Positions 1 to 12,605 of a stretch of DNA of 64,000 bases are shown here, piece by piece. This DNA comes from Octopus bimaculoides (Eukaryota). The stretch is from assembly GCF_001194135.2 (NCBI RefSeq), contig NC_068984.1:79845675-79909674 (forward strand), given 5' to 3'. Under the pieces are notes generated by a model, which made no database searches, was not told the origin of the DNA, and worked only from the letters and a program-made list of their open reading frames with translations. Made by a program: the position numbers and the translations under genes. The stretch's first letter is position 1, and each line of letters starts with the position of its first letter.

Positions 1-1367
1 ATCTTAAACGTTTGTTTGTATTGCTTCTGCCTTTCTATATTATATGAGATTTCAATGCCAAAACTTTTACTTGGTATTTTGGCACTTACAAGGCTTTCCT
101 ATGTCTTTCTCTATATTTTTATTATTATTATTATTGACTTTCAAGGGTGTTTTGTATATTTGCAGAAAAGCACTCTGTTTAAAAAGGAAAATTGTAAACG
201 CACATTTGATATATATACTTCTGGTATACTTGTCACTAAAAGCTGAGTAAAATGTGTATTTATTTTTTTTATTTATTTAGAGGCTTTTGATTATATAGGA
301 AAAGCTAGATTTGGGTTTATTAAATATACCTTCAATGATTTATTCAAATGTTGAGATTTTCTATGTCAGGGCAACCAAAAGACATATGATAAATATTTTC
401 ACTCTCTCTCTCTTTCTCTTCCTCCCTTTCTGTGTGTGTATGTATATATATATATATATATATATATACATACATATATATACTTGCATATTAACAGTTA
501 TATACCTTAAGTATGATGCATAGATGACTACATACATACACACAGATATATATATCATCATCATCATCGTCATCATCATCATCATCATCATATCTGTGTG
601 TATGTATATAGTCATCTATGCATCATACTTAATGCATGTACAGTGTTGACATGCAAGTTCCTGCGGATTTGTCTTATGGTTCTTGCTGTGTTTAAAAATA
701 CATTATATTGGAAGAGATGAAGAATCAATCTTGCAGTAGATAGCAAGAATACTAGATGCATTTTGATTGGTCTAGTTAATGGCATATACTCACTACCAGC
801 CACATGCCTAGATGAGATTTGTCATCTCTGATAAAGGAAACTGCAAATAATTCATTCACTGATATTGTGAATAGCTTCTGGGATGAAATATAATGCGTTG
901 AACACAACTGAAGCAGTATTTAATTAAGTAGCCATCTAGGCATCATACCTAATGTAAATTCATTGTTGAAAAGCAAATTTGCTGCTGTATTCATCCAGAG
1001 ATAACATCTCTTCTGAACATGCTGTGTTTAAAAAAATGCAATGTATATCAGTGGGAGATGAAAAGTCATCCTGGCAGTAGCTAGCAAAAATTCTTCATCC
1101 TTTTGGCTGAGCAATGCATGACTATATATTATACATAGAAACCTCCTGATTTAAAGTGATCTAATTTAAAATCTTCCATCGAAATTTCATTTTAATTTAT
1201 GTTCCAATCACTAGATTAAAAATCACAAAGTCATTTTAGTAAATTATTTGTTATTTCCAAAATTGATTCTAAGAAATGTTGTGTATTTCAACAGAGATAT
1301 GATAATAAAAGGCTTAACATATATTGACATGGTTTTGTGTGTAATGTATGTATGTATGTATGTATGT

Positions 1368-1400
<33 letters not shown>

Positions 1401-1554
1401 GTTTAACATCCGCTTACCATGCTGGCATGGGTTGGACTATTTGACTGAAGACTGGCAAACCAGATGGCTGTACCAGGCTCCAATGCAGCATGCATACATG
1501 TATGTATATATGTATATATGTAGGTATGTATATATATTTGTATGTATGCATACA

Positions 1555-1895
1555 TGTGATGGCTCAGTGGTTAGAGCATCAGGCTCACAATCATGAGTTA
1601 GTGAGCTTGATTTCCTGGCCTGGGCTGTGTGTTGTCTTCTTGAGAAAGACACTTTATTTCACGTTGCTCCAGTTCACTCAGCTGTAGAAATGAGTTGCGA
1701 CGTCACAGGTGCCAAGCTGTATCAGCCTTTGCCTTCCCCTTGGATAACATCAGTGGCGAGGAAAGGGGAAGCTGGTATGCATGGGCAACTGATGACCTTC
1801 CATAAACAATCTTGATGGACTTGTGCTTCGAAGGGTAACTTTCTAGATGTTATCTCATGGTCATTCATTACCAAAGTGGGTCTTTATCCATTTTA
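1555..1895 (+). mobile_element. tRNA-derived SINE (gttgctccagttcactcagctg family)
   Basis: Head ggctcagtggttagagcatcaggctcacaatcatgagttagtgag.ttgatt; inverted homologues at 23175-23493 and 38081-38418; related heads at 12090, 30712, 52975-53195. Confidence 0.7.
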
Positions 1896-1903
1896 TGCAT
1901 GTA

Positions 1904-2119
1904 TGAGGGGGTACTGAAAAGTTTCTGGCTTTGGGTAAAAAAATATTGCGGGATCAGTTAATTATGGTTTTATTGAACATATTCCCCTCTCAGATTCACA
2001 CACTTATTACAGCAGTCCTTCAGTTTTTCTAAGCCCTGTAAAATAATTTGGAAGGTTGGATCTTCAACTAAGCCTTTTTGCGATATCCTTGAAGCCAGAA
2101 ACTTTTTGGCACACCTTCG
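1904..2119 (-). mobile_element. mariner-derived MITE (internal deletion derivative), copy 1
   Basis: TA|tgagggggtactgaaaagtttctggcttt ... aagccagaaactttttggcacaccttcg|TA; the minus strand retains CNKCVNLRGEYVQ* (mariner C-terminus). Confidence 0.8.
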
Positions 2120-2413
2120 TATGAGTGATCGATTGATTGATTGACTGATTGATTAATTGATTCATTAAATAGTTGACTGATTCATTCATTGATTCAATGT
2201 TAATATATTTTACTAACTTTAACAAACATGCAGAATAATAATGTTGCTATCACCTCAGTTGGGCAAAAGAGACCAATAAGCTAAGTGCTGGAGTCAACTT
2301 GTTCAAGGAAACCTTTCAAGGCAAATGCCCCAGCCTGGTCACAGCCAAGTGACTGAAACAAGGGAAAAGTAGATAAAAGGTTTATATAATGATGATGTGA
2401 TATATATATATAT

Positions 2414-2454
<41 letters not shown>

Positions 2455-3260
2455 NNNNNNNNNNNNNNNNNNNNNNNNNNNNNNNNNNNNNNNNNNNNNN
2501 NNNNNNNNNNNNNNNNNNNNNNNNNNNNNNNNNNNNNNNNNNNNNNNNNNNNNNNNNNNNNNNNNNNNNNNNNNNNNNNNNNNNNNNNNNNNNNNNNNNN
2601 NNNNNNNNNNNNNNNNNNNNNNNNNNNNNNNNNNNNNNNNNNNNNNNNNNNNNNNNNNNNNNNNNNNNNNNNNNNNNNNNNNNNNNNNNNNNNNNNNNNN
2701 NNNNNNNNNNNNNNNNNNNNNNNNNNNNNNNNNNNNNNNNNNNNNNNNNNNNNNNNNNNNNNNNNNNNNNNNNNNNNNNNNNNNNNNNNNNNNNNNNNNN
2801 NNNNNNNNNNNNNNNNNNNNNNNNNNNNNNNNNNNNNNNNNNNNNNNNNNNNNNNNNNNNNNNNNNNNNNNNNNNNNNNNNNNNNNNNNNNNNNNNNNNN
2901 NNNNNNNNNNNNNNNNNNNNNNNNNNNNNNNNNNNNNNNNNNNNNNNNNNNNNNNNNNNNNNNNNNNNNNNNNNNNNNNNNNNNNNNNNNNNNNNNNNNN
3001 NNNNNNNNNNNNNNNNNNNNNNNNNNNNNNNNNNNNNNNNNNNNNNNNNNNNNNNNNNNNNNNNNNNNNNNNNNNNNNNNNNNNNNNNNNNNNNNNNNNN
3101 NNNNNNNNNNNNNNNNNNNNNNNNNNNNNNNNNNNNNNNNNNNNNNNNNNNNNNNNNNNNNNNNNNNNATATATATATATATATATATATACTATGAATA
3201 TATATATATATATATATTACATATATATATATAATATATATGTATATAAATATATATATG

Positions 3261-3627
3261 TTGTTGGCACTCCGTCGCTTACGACATCGAGGGTTCCAGT
3301 TGATACGATCAACGGAACAGCCTGCTCGTGAAATTAACGTGCAAGTGGCTCAGCACTCCACAGACACGTGTACCCTTAATGTAGTTCTCAGGGATATTCA
3401 GCGTGACACAGTATGACAAGGCTGATCCTTTGAATTATAGGCACAACAGAAGCAGGAAGAGAGAGTGAGAGAAAGTTGTGGTAAAAGAGTACAGTAGGGT
3501 TCGCCACCATCCCCTGCTGGAGCCTCATGTGTTTTCGCTCAATAAACTCTCACATGCCCTGTCTGGGAATCGAAACTGCGATCCTATGACTGCGAGTTCA
3601 CTGCCCTAACCACTGGGCCATTGCACC

Positions 3628-3630
<3 letters not shown>
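3261..3630 (-). mobile_element. tRNA-derived SINE (family with gagggttccagttgat..aacggaacagcc body)
   Basis: Minus-strand head gaaggtgcaatggcccagtggttagggcagtgaactcgcagtcataggatcgcagtttcgattccc (A and B boxes); homologous copies at 27247-27573(-) and 14994-15278(-). Confidence 0.75.
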
Positions 3631-3684
<54 letters not shown>

Positions 3685-5812
3685 TTAGATTAAATTTAAT
3701 CTAATTTAGATTAAATAAGGAAACCTTTTTCATTCAAAAATACAAACCCAAACTTAACCATTGCTAACACATTTAAATAAGGAAATTCATCACCCCACTG
3801 AGGGAAAAAAAGGGGAAAAAAATATAGAATAAAACCATGGTAAATTAATCAAATTCTACCACCTCCTAGATTTCGATTATCTCCCCTATANNNNNNNNNN
3901 NNNNNNNNNNNNNNNNNNNNNNNNNNNNNNNNNNNNNNNNNNNNNNNNNNNNNNNNNNNNNNNNNNNNNNNNNNNNNNNNNNNNNNNNNNNNNNNNNNNN
4001 NNNNNNNNNNNNNNNNNNNNNNNNNNNNNNNNNNNNNNNNNNNNNNNNNNNNNNNNNNNNNNNNNNNNNNNNNNNNNNNNNNNNNNNNNNNNNNNNNNNN
4101 NNNNNNNNNNNNNNNNNNNNNNNNNNNNNNNNNNNNNNNNNNNNNNNNNNNNNNNNNNNNNNNNNNNNNNNNNNNNNNNNNNNNNNNNNNNNNNNNNNNN
4201 NNNNNNNNNNNNNNNNNNNNNNNNNNNNNNNNNNNNNNNNNNNNNNNNNNNNNNNNNNNNNNNNNNNTATATATATAATATAATATAAATATATATATAT
4301 ATTGTTAGCTGTAAAGCTACATAAGTGGCTCAAGATTCAAGAATTTTATGTGTTGCACTTATCAAGCCACCAAACCAATGTGTGTGTGTGTGTGTGTGTG
4401 TTTGCATACATATATGCATAAATACCCATCTACATATCCTGCATTCTACATTGATAGATAATTATTTGCATGATCTCTGAGAAACAGAAGCATCTGTCAT
4501 TGGGTGATGAGCGCTTTTGATTTGTATTGGAAAAAGATACTTTAGCTGATATTCATTAATTCTACAAACCCATTACCAACAAACTTAAGAGAAAAGAAAT
4601 AACTATATCTAGAAATAAAAACCTCGCTCTCTGATTGGCTTCCTCTAGTATTAATGCACATATCACATATGCACAAATACACAACCACACAGATGCACCC
4701 CACATTTGTGAAGAAGTGAGAGAAAGGGAGATAATTGTGCTTTACTCTTAAAGAGACTATAGAAAACTATTGAATGTCACTTAACATAAAAGAACTTTTG
4801 AAAGGAATGGCTATTAAACCGAGTACTCAGAATAGATTCCAACCTTTAAATAAAACCAGAATTTCAACAAAAACAACTGCATCAGCAACAACAACAACAA
4901 CACTAACAACAACATCAATAACAACAACAACGACGACCTGAGTTTCAAGTGATCAGTCAAGAGTAGTTCTTCAACTTTATTAGATCAAAAGAATTCTTTC
5001 TGAAAATGTCTTTATACAAAACTTCAGTGTGTGTGTTTGTGTGTGTGTGTGTGTGTGTGATACTCAGAAAAATGCACACAAAACATTCTCAAGTTCTCTG
5101 TGAGGTTTGTATGTGTGTGTATGCTTTTCTAAGGAGCTTGACTAGTTTTTTTGTGTGTGTTTATGTATGTGTACATACTTATGATTTTGGAAGAGAGCAA
5201 AAGGAGGTGGAAAGAGAGGGAGGGAGAGAGAGAGAGAGAGAGAGATAGAGAAAAAGAAAGAGTGTGTATAAATACACATACATATAAGCATAAATATATA
5301 TACATACATAAATACATACACACATATATGTGCATAATTATATTTACTGATGATATATCAATTAGAAATGTGTGTGTATAAATAAAATATCATTATTATC
5401 ATACAGCCATTTTTTCATGTTTTTACAAGCTGAGTGAGTCTTCAGCACTGAATTCTGTCACTTGGAGTATTTTGTCATCACTTCCATGAATTTTAACCTT
5501 CTAAGATTGGCTTCATGACTTCTTCCTGTGATTTCCTCTTCCACAGGTTCCCTCCATTCCGACTGCTTGCTACTTGGAATGCACTTGGAAATAATAATTT
5601 ATGTATAAGAATCAATAATTTATACTAGTGTTTATTTTAATTTTCCCTTACATATGCTCTGTAGGTCATAACTAGTAGCTCTGGTAAGCACAGTGGTAGA
5701 CTAACCATTACACTAATAGCTGACTAGATAATGATAATCTACATGGAGCTCTATCGGATACAGTAGTGGTCGCACATCTAACTGTACACACAAGATCTGC
5801 ATGTATACAAAA

Positions 5813-5814
<2 letters not shown>

Positions 5815-5887
<73 letters not shown>
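5815..5887. repeat. (AG)n microsatellite
   Basis: Direct reading. Confidence 0.95.
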
Positions 5888-5894
<7 letters not shown>

Positions 5895-7143
5895 TAAAAA
5901 AGAAAGAGGAATGTTGTAGCTTGCTTGAAGCATATGAAGAAAATCAGTTTGTTATAGAAGGTTATAGCTTTGTAGGTGAAGTGTTACAATCCAATTGTCC
6001 CATTAACAAAAATGTTGAAATATTACTATTGAAATATGGACTTAGTCCTGAAATTTTTGGTAGAATATTCCTTTTCAAAAGTGCAAAGTGAACAAGGGAG
6101 AAATATGTTCTTTAGTTTGGCATGCAGGTTCTGTGTGTGTAGAAATAATATGTCCATTATCTCAGAATGCCTGGTCTGTGTAACATACGCAGAACTGACA
6201 TGCCAAGCTAATGGACATTTTTTTCTTGCTCTGTAAACACTTTTGGAAAATGGGTATTTTATCCAAAATTTCATGACTAATTAGATATTAGAAATGCAAA
6301 ATGACATTATTTTTGTTGTTGGTGTTTTTGCTCATCATTAGAGAAGCAAATGTGTGTTTGTATGTGTATGAGAGAGAAAGTATGTGTATAAAATATCAGC
6401 AACTGAGGCAACAGGCTGAAGACTGGATGTCACAATCACTTCAGAAGTTGCTCTTCATCCTCCTCCACTAGCATCACTAAACTGAAAAACTGATAAATGC
6501 TTCTTATACACACACACAAACACATACGCAAACAAATCCCTGTATGTCTGTATGTGTGTGAGAATCTATTTTTTAATGTCCTCTTTCCTAATTTAAAGAT
6601 GGTAGGCTTTGATTTGAGAAGGATTTAAGTTAGCTGTTTGAAGTAAAATTTGGAGTTGACTTGTAATCTCAGTTCACTCATAATTGAAAGACTATGATGA
6701 AAGGTACTGTAGTTATGACAATCTCATTGTTTTATACAAGGAGCTATACTGTTCAATATGCACTTTATTTAAAGGCATAACTTGTAAGGGTTTTGATCGC
6801 TACTAATTCCACTGAGTTGCTGTGTGTTTTGACTAAACCTGTCATTCTGATGATAAAAGTGTATGGTGATAAGAAGAGTATTTGCAAAACAGACAACATG
6901 TCTTGTCTATTAGTTATGTAAATATACAGATTACAGACAAATCTAAAACATGTAAAATAGCCTAATAAACAAACAAATGAAACAAAAAAAACCTGTTATG
7001 TTTTGAATTAGTTTTTAATCAGTAACAATTTTTTTCCTCCACCCTTTATTTAATGCATCTCATTTAGATTACATTAACACAATATTCTTATTTTAATGAT
7101 AGTAAATATATATTAAAACAAATCACGAGTTTGTTTCCAGGTG

Positions 7144-7216
7144 GCCGAAGCAGCTCAGCTGACATAGTGTCAGAGTGGAAACGTAAAGAGCTCTGGTTCA
7201 ATTCTGAGTCTCAGCA
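7144..7216 (+). pseudogene. tRNA-Phe-derived pseudogene (73 nt, anticodon GAA to GGA)
   Basis: Ungapped 51/73 match to the canonical metazoan tRNA-Phe(GAA) sequence as I recall it (GCCGAAATAGCTCAG...GGTTCGATCCCGGGTTTCGGCA); box B GGTTCAATTC; stems disrupted; several CpG-type transitions. Confidence 0.7.
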
Positions 7217-7463
7217 TGTTGATGAGTGTCTGTTTTATTGTTGAAAATTTTGTAGTTTGATTTACTAATTTCTGGAAGCGAATCAAAGGGGAGGTTTCGA
7301 TCCACTATATTCATATCGATGAATAATTATCATTGCAATAAGAGGAAATGCTTGATGTACATTGCTATAGCTCTCTGACTTTAAACACACACACACACAC
7401 ACACATACACACACATATATAACAACATTTTATAAACAAGTTTTGGAAGCAACAAGTATGTTT

Positions 7464-7500
<37 letters not shown>

Positions 7501-7619
7501 NNNNNNNNNNNNNNNNNNNNNNNNNNNNNNNNNNNNNNNNNNNNNNNNNNNNNNNNNNNNNNNNNNNNNNNNNNNNNNNNNNNNNNNNNNNNNNNNNNNN
7601 NNNNNNNNNNNNNNNNNNN

Positions 7620-8149
7620 TCACGAAACCCAGCTTACGAAGACCTGTTGGGGCAAGCGAAAGCGAAATCGTGATGGCACCAGTACCAGTAAATCACTAAG
7701 AGCACCGTCCAAGCGTGATTGTTGCCAGAGCACCAGCTGTCTGGCTTTCATACTGGTGGCATATAAATAGCACCATTTGAGCGTGACCGTTACCAACGTG
7801 GCCTTCCTGGCACTTGTGCCAGTGGCACATGAAAAGACATTCGAGCGAGTTCGTTGCCAGTCCTGCTGGACTGGTTCCTGTGCAGGTGGCACGTAAAATA
7901 CACCATTTTGAGTGTGGCCGTTGCCAGTACCACCTGACTGGCCTTCGTGCGGGTGACACGTAAAAGCACCCACTACACTCTCTGAATGGTTGGCGTTAGG
8001 AAGGGCATCCAGCTGTAGAAACTCTGCCAAATCAGATTGGAGCCTGGTGTAGCCATCTGGTTTCACCAGTCCTCAGTCAAATCGTCCAACCCGTGCTAGC
8101 ATGGAAAGCGGACGTTAAACGATGATGATGATGATGATGATGATGATGA
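7620..8149 (+). mobile_element. Young RTE-related 3' end with 4-5 tandem ~64-bp modules and (GAT)n tail
   Basis: CpG-rich (little decay); repeated gtggcac(a/g)taaaa..cacc modules; ends ctagcatggaaagcggacgttaaac(gat)n. Confidence 0.8.
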
Positions 8150-8164
8150 TATATACTTTCATAC

Positions 8165-8493
8165 ACACAGCCATCTCAAAAGTAGGCACCATCTTTGGAT
8201 ATTTACTGGCTTAAGAAGGAGCTTCCTGCTCTGCCATAGTAGCCAAGTTCATAGAGTTATCTCACAGAAGTACTGTAACTCATTTGGAGTTTCTCTGAAA
8301 CAGCTGCTGCCTTACAATTGACATTATTTTCAACAGTTTGCTTGCCCGCCCAAAGACGTTTGTCATGGAGCCAAGGCCAACCTGAACTGGAGGCTGTTAA
8401 TTCTTTCCTTTGCTTGTGAATTTGCTGGCGACTGAATTGTGCAATCATTCTGTTGGCTGTGGCAAGAGGAATCCCAAGGTTTTGTGAAATCAT
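8165..8493 (-). mobile_element. Tc1-like transposase N-terminal (paired HTH) fragment
   Basis: Minus translation ISQNLGIPLATANRMIAQF..GWPWL.DKR...STSVR*LYELGYYGRA then (frameshift) KLLLKPVNIQR resembles the Tc1 HTH/GRPR/RKPLL region; cut by the RTE tail ending at 8149. Confidence 0.65.
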
Positions 8494-8873
8494 ATTCTGG
8501 TTAAATCTCCACTCTGATTGGTTGTTTGCATGGGACAGATGGAATTTGTTGAGATAGATTTTTCTGTTATCAAACGTAACCTGTTTCTAATTAAAATTGG
8601 AATCAAAGGACACAACTTGTGTGACAGTGACACTTGTTTATAACAAAGTGAGAGTAACACACACACACACTCATACTTTTATTCTTTTTTCTTGTTTCAG
8701 CCATTTGACTGAGGCCATGTTGGAGCACTGCCTTACAAATCAACCTGGGCTTTTTTTTAAAGCCTGGTACTTATTCTATCGAACTCTTTAGCTGAACCAC
8801 TAAGTTACAAGGATGTAAGCATGCCAACACCAGTTGTCAAATGGTGACAAGGAGACAAACACACATAGATATA

Positions 8874-8921
<48 letters not shown>

Positions 8922-9502
8922 NNNNNNNNNNNNNNNNNNNNNNNNNNNNNNNNNNNNNNNNNNNNNNNNNNNNNNNNNNNNNNNNNNNNNNNNNNNNNNN
9001 NNNNNNNNNNNNNNNNNNNNNNNNNNNNNNNNNNNNNNNNNNNNNNNNNNNNNNNNNNNNNNNNNNNNNNNNNNNNNNNNNNNNNNNNNNNNNNNNNNNN
9101 NNNNNNNNNNNNNNNNNNNNNNNNNNNNNNNNNNNNNNNNNNNNNNNNNNNNNNNNNNNNNNNNNNNNNNNNNNNNNNNNNNNNNNNNNNNNNNNNNNNN
9201 NNNNNNNNNNNNNNNNNNNNNNNNNNNNNNNNNNNNNNNNNNNNNNNNNNNNNNNNNNNNNNNNNNNNNNNNNNNNNNNNNNNNNNNNNNNNNNNNNNNN
9301 NNNNNNNNNNNNNNNNNNNNNNNNNNNNNNNNNNNNNNNNNNNNNNNNNNNNNNNNNNNNNNNNNNNNNNNNNNNNNNNNNNNNNNNNNNNNNNNNNNNN
9401 NNNNNNNNNNNNNNNNNNNNNNNNNNNNNNNNNNNNNNNNNNNNNNNNNNNNNNNNNNNNNNNNNNNNNNNNNNNNNNNNNNNNNNNNNNNNNNNNNNNN
9501 NN

Positions 9503-9838
9503 ATCATCATCATCATCATCGTTTAACGTCCGCTTTCCATGCTAGCATGGGTTGGACGATTTGACTGAGGACTGGTGCAACCGGATGGCTACACCAGGCT
9601 CCAATCCAATTTGGCAGAGTTTCTACAGCTGGATGCCCTTCCTAACACCAACCACTCAGAGAGTGTAGTGGGTGCTTTTACGTGTCACCCGCATGAAAAC
9701 GGCTACGCTCGAAATGGTGTCTTTTATGTGCCACCCGCACAAGAGCCAGTCCAGGGGCACTGGAACGATCTCGCTCGAAAACCCTACAAGGCCAGTCAGG
9801 CGGTACTGGCAACGGTCACGCTCAGGATGGTACATCTG
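9503..9838 (-). mobile_element. Young RTE-related 3' end, inverted relative to 7620-8149
   Basis: (atc)n gtttaacgtccgctttccatgctagcatgggttggacgatttgactgaggactgg.. is the near-exact reverse complement of 7950-8149. Confidence 0.8.
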
Positions 9839-11126
9839 ACACATACTAACACACACACACACATACACAATAAACTTATTTCAGTTTCAGTCTTCCAAAT
9901 CCACTCACAAGGCTTTGGTTGGCCTGTGGCTATAGTAGAAAACATTTGCCCAATGTGCCATGCAGTGGGTCCGGTTGGGAATAAGCTTCTTACCGCACAG
10001 CCACAACTGTGCCTATGTACACAATGGGCTTTTTACAGTTTCCATCTGTTATATCTAACACACATGGATTTAGTTGAATTGAAAATGTAATAGAAGACAC
10101 TTGTCCAAGGTGTCACACGGTGGGACTGAACCCCAAGCCATCCGGTTGGGAAGCAAACTTCTTACCATATGCATGCACCTATGTGATGGTTTAATACCTC
10201 CACTTGGTCCTTTGGTGCTTTTAGTAGATTCTATTCCGTTGCATGCATTCTAGTCTAGAGATGATACTATATATTTTGGTGGATTGCTTCCTAGTGTGAG
10301 AGGAATATTTGAGTCTTGAGTCTTTCTTACCTTTCTTTTTTTTTAACTCTTCCTCTAGCAGTCATGAAATCTCTGCAGAAAGGTCCTTATGAGATGCAAT
10401 TTCTATCTCTGAACAAGTTATGAGACTTCTCGCTGCCCCACCCATCCCATTTCATTCCACACCACACACTCCTGCCAAAACTCACCACAAAACATGACAG
10501 CTATGCACTCAATACCTGCATGACACTAAGCAGCTTCTTAAACAGCGCTGTCATCCTTACTCGCAACATACCCCCACCCCACCCCCTCTTATCATTACCG
10601 CATACTACACGACATTCTGATCATTAATGAAAGATGCAACAGACATAATTGCCAGATTGAAGCAAAGACTACAAGGCTAAAAAGAAGATAGTATGATAAA
10701 TTAAATGTATAGAGTGATTATTTAAATCAGTTTAGTGCTTTTATCCAACACTTCCATTACCTCTTGCTCTTAATAATTCATTCAAATTCTGAAATTAGCT
10801 AATTTTCGTATTTTTAAAAAATTCATATATATTCTGTTTTTGCTTCCATTAAAAAATAGATATCCAATATTAATACGTGCATGTAAATTTGGCTGTGTGT
10901 GTGTGTGTGTTTGTCAGTTTGGTGATGTATATGCATGTTTGATTCTGTGGGTATATATGTGTGTGTGCATGTGTATGTAGGTATTTTCTGTGCACATCCA
11001 TTCAGATTCATTATCATATAAGCAGGATGTCATATATTTAGTTAAAACATATATATGCAGAATAATACATACATACATACATAGATACATACATACATGC
11101 ATACATATATACATACTTACATATAC

Positions 11127-11175
<49 letters not shown>

Positions 11176-11535
11176 NNNNNNNNNNNNNNNNNNNNNNNNN
11201 NNNNNNNNNNNNNNNNNNNNNNNNNNNNNNNNNNNNNNNNNNNNNNNNNNNNNNNNNNNNNNNNNNNNNNNNNNNNNNNNNNNNNNNNNNNNNNNNNNNN
11301 NNNNNNNNNNNNNNNNNNNNNNNNNNNNNNNNNNNNNNNNNNNNNNNNNNNNNNNNNNNNNNNNNNNNNNNNNNNNNNNNNNNNNNNNNNNNNNNNNNNN
11401 NNNNNNNNNNNNNNNNNNNNNNNNNNNNNNNNNNNNNNNNNNNNNNNNNNNNNNNNNNNNNNNNNNNNNNNNNNNNNNNNNNNNNNNNNNNNNNNNNNNN
11501 NNNNNNNNNNNNNNNNNNNNNNNNNNNNNNNNNNN

Positions 11536-11574
<39 letters not shown>

Positions 11575-12574
11575 GTGGGAAAACAAGACATACACACACA
11601 CACAATATACACACACCCATATTTATGAATGTATCTATGTGCATGCATGTATGTTATCTTTCTTCCTTTGTGTGTATGTATGTGTGTGTATACATACCTA
11701 TTTATTTATTTATATATACATATGTATATATATACATACATGCATACAGACACACACACACACACACACACAGACATACTAGTGCAGACATATACACATA
11801 TAGATGCATACATAGACATGCCCGCATTCTCAGCCATATGCACAGTCACACACATATATTTACAGATAAAGTAGTTGAGAATGGAAATAAATATTTGACA
11901 GCCCGCAATAAATGAATGATGTAGTTCTAATTCAATACAAATTAGATTTTCGGTACTCAGATAGTTAGTTACACAGAGTTATCGGAATTCTGTTAACCTT
12001 TCCCATTTTGTATAAATGCTGTATATGACAATGTATATGAGTTTTGTATTGATATAAATGCAACACATACATGTATGTATATATGTATGTGAAAGCACAT
12101 GGCTTAGTGGTTAGGGTGTTACACTCTCGATTGCGAGATCATGGGTTCAGTCCCCAGACCAGGCATTGCATTGTGTTCTTGAGCAAAGCACTTCGTTTCA
12201 TGTTGCTTTGCAATCATTTTGACATCTGACATGTTGCACCTGTACAGGTAATGTCGATCTGATGGAGGGAGTGAGCTTATGTCTACACAAACATTTGATC
12301 ACTATAAACAAATCATCTGTGTGGTTGTCCAGTAAGAAATTGTCGAATCCTCAGACGTCATCTAATGACAGGAGAGGCCATCATTTATGCATATATACAC
12401 AAACACACAGCCAAATTCTATCTCACTTCATGACACCCTGGGAAAGCATCTACTAAACCTTGGATCTACCAATGCCCTGTCATTGAAACGGATATATAGA
12501 AACTGAATGGAAGCTGTTCTCATGTACAAACATACACATGCACACACACACATACACATGCACATGCACACACA

Positions 12575-12605
<31 letters not shown>

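Noticed and set aside
1555-1620. SINE heads as functional tRNA genes
   Set aside because: A and B boxes are present but no cloverleaf forms; they continue into repeat bodies seen many times in the window.
7672-7975. CRISPR-like repeat-spacer array
   Set aside because: The spacers are homologous to each other, the array lies in an RTE 3' region, the genome is eukaryotic, and no cas genes are present.
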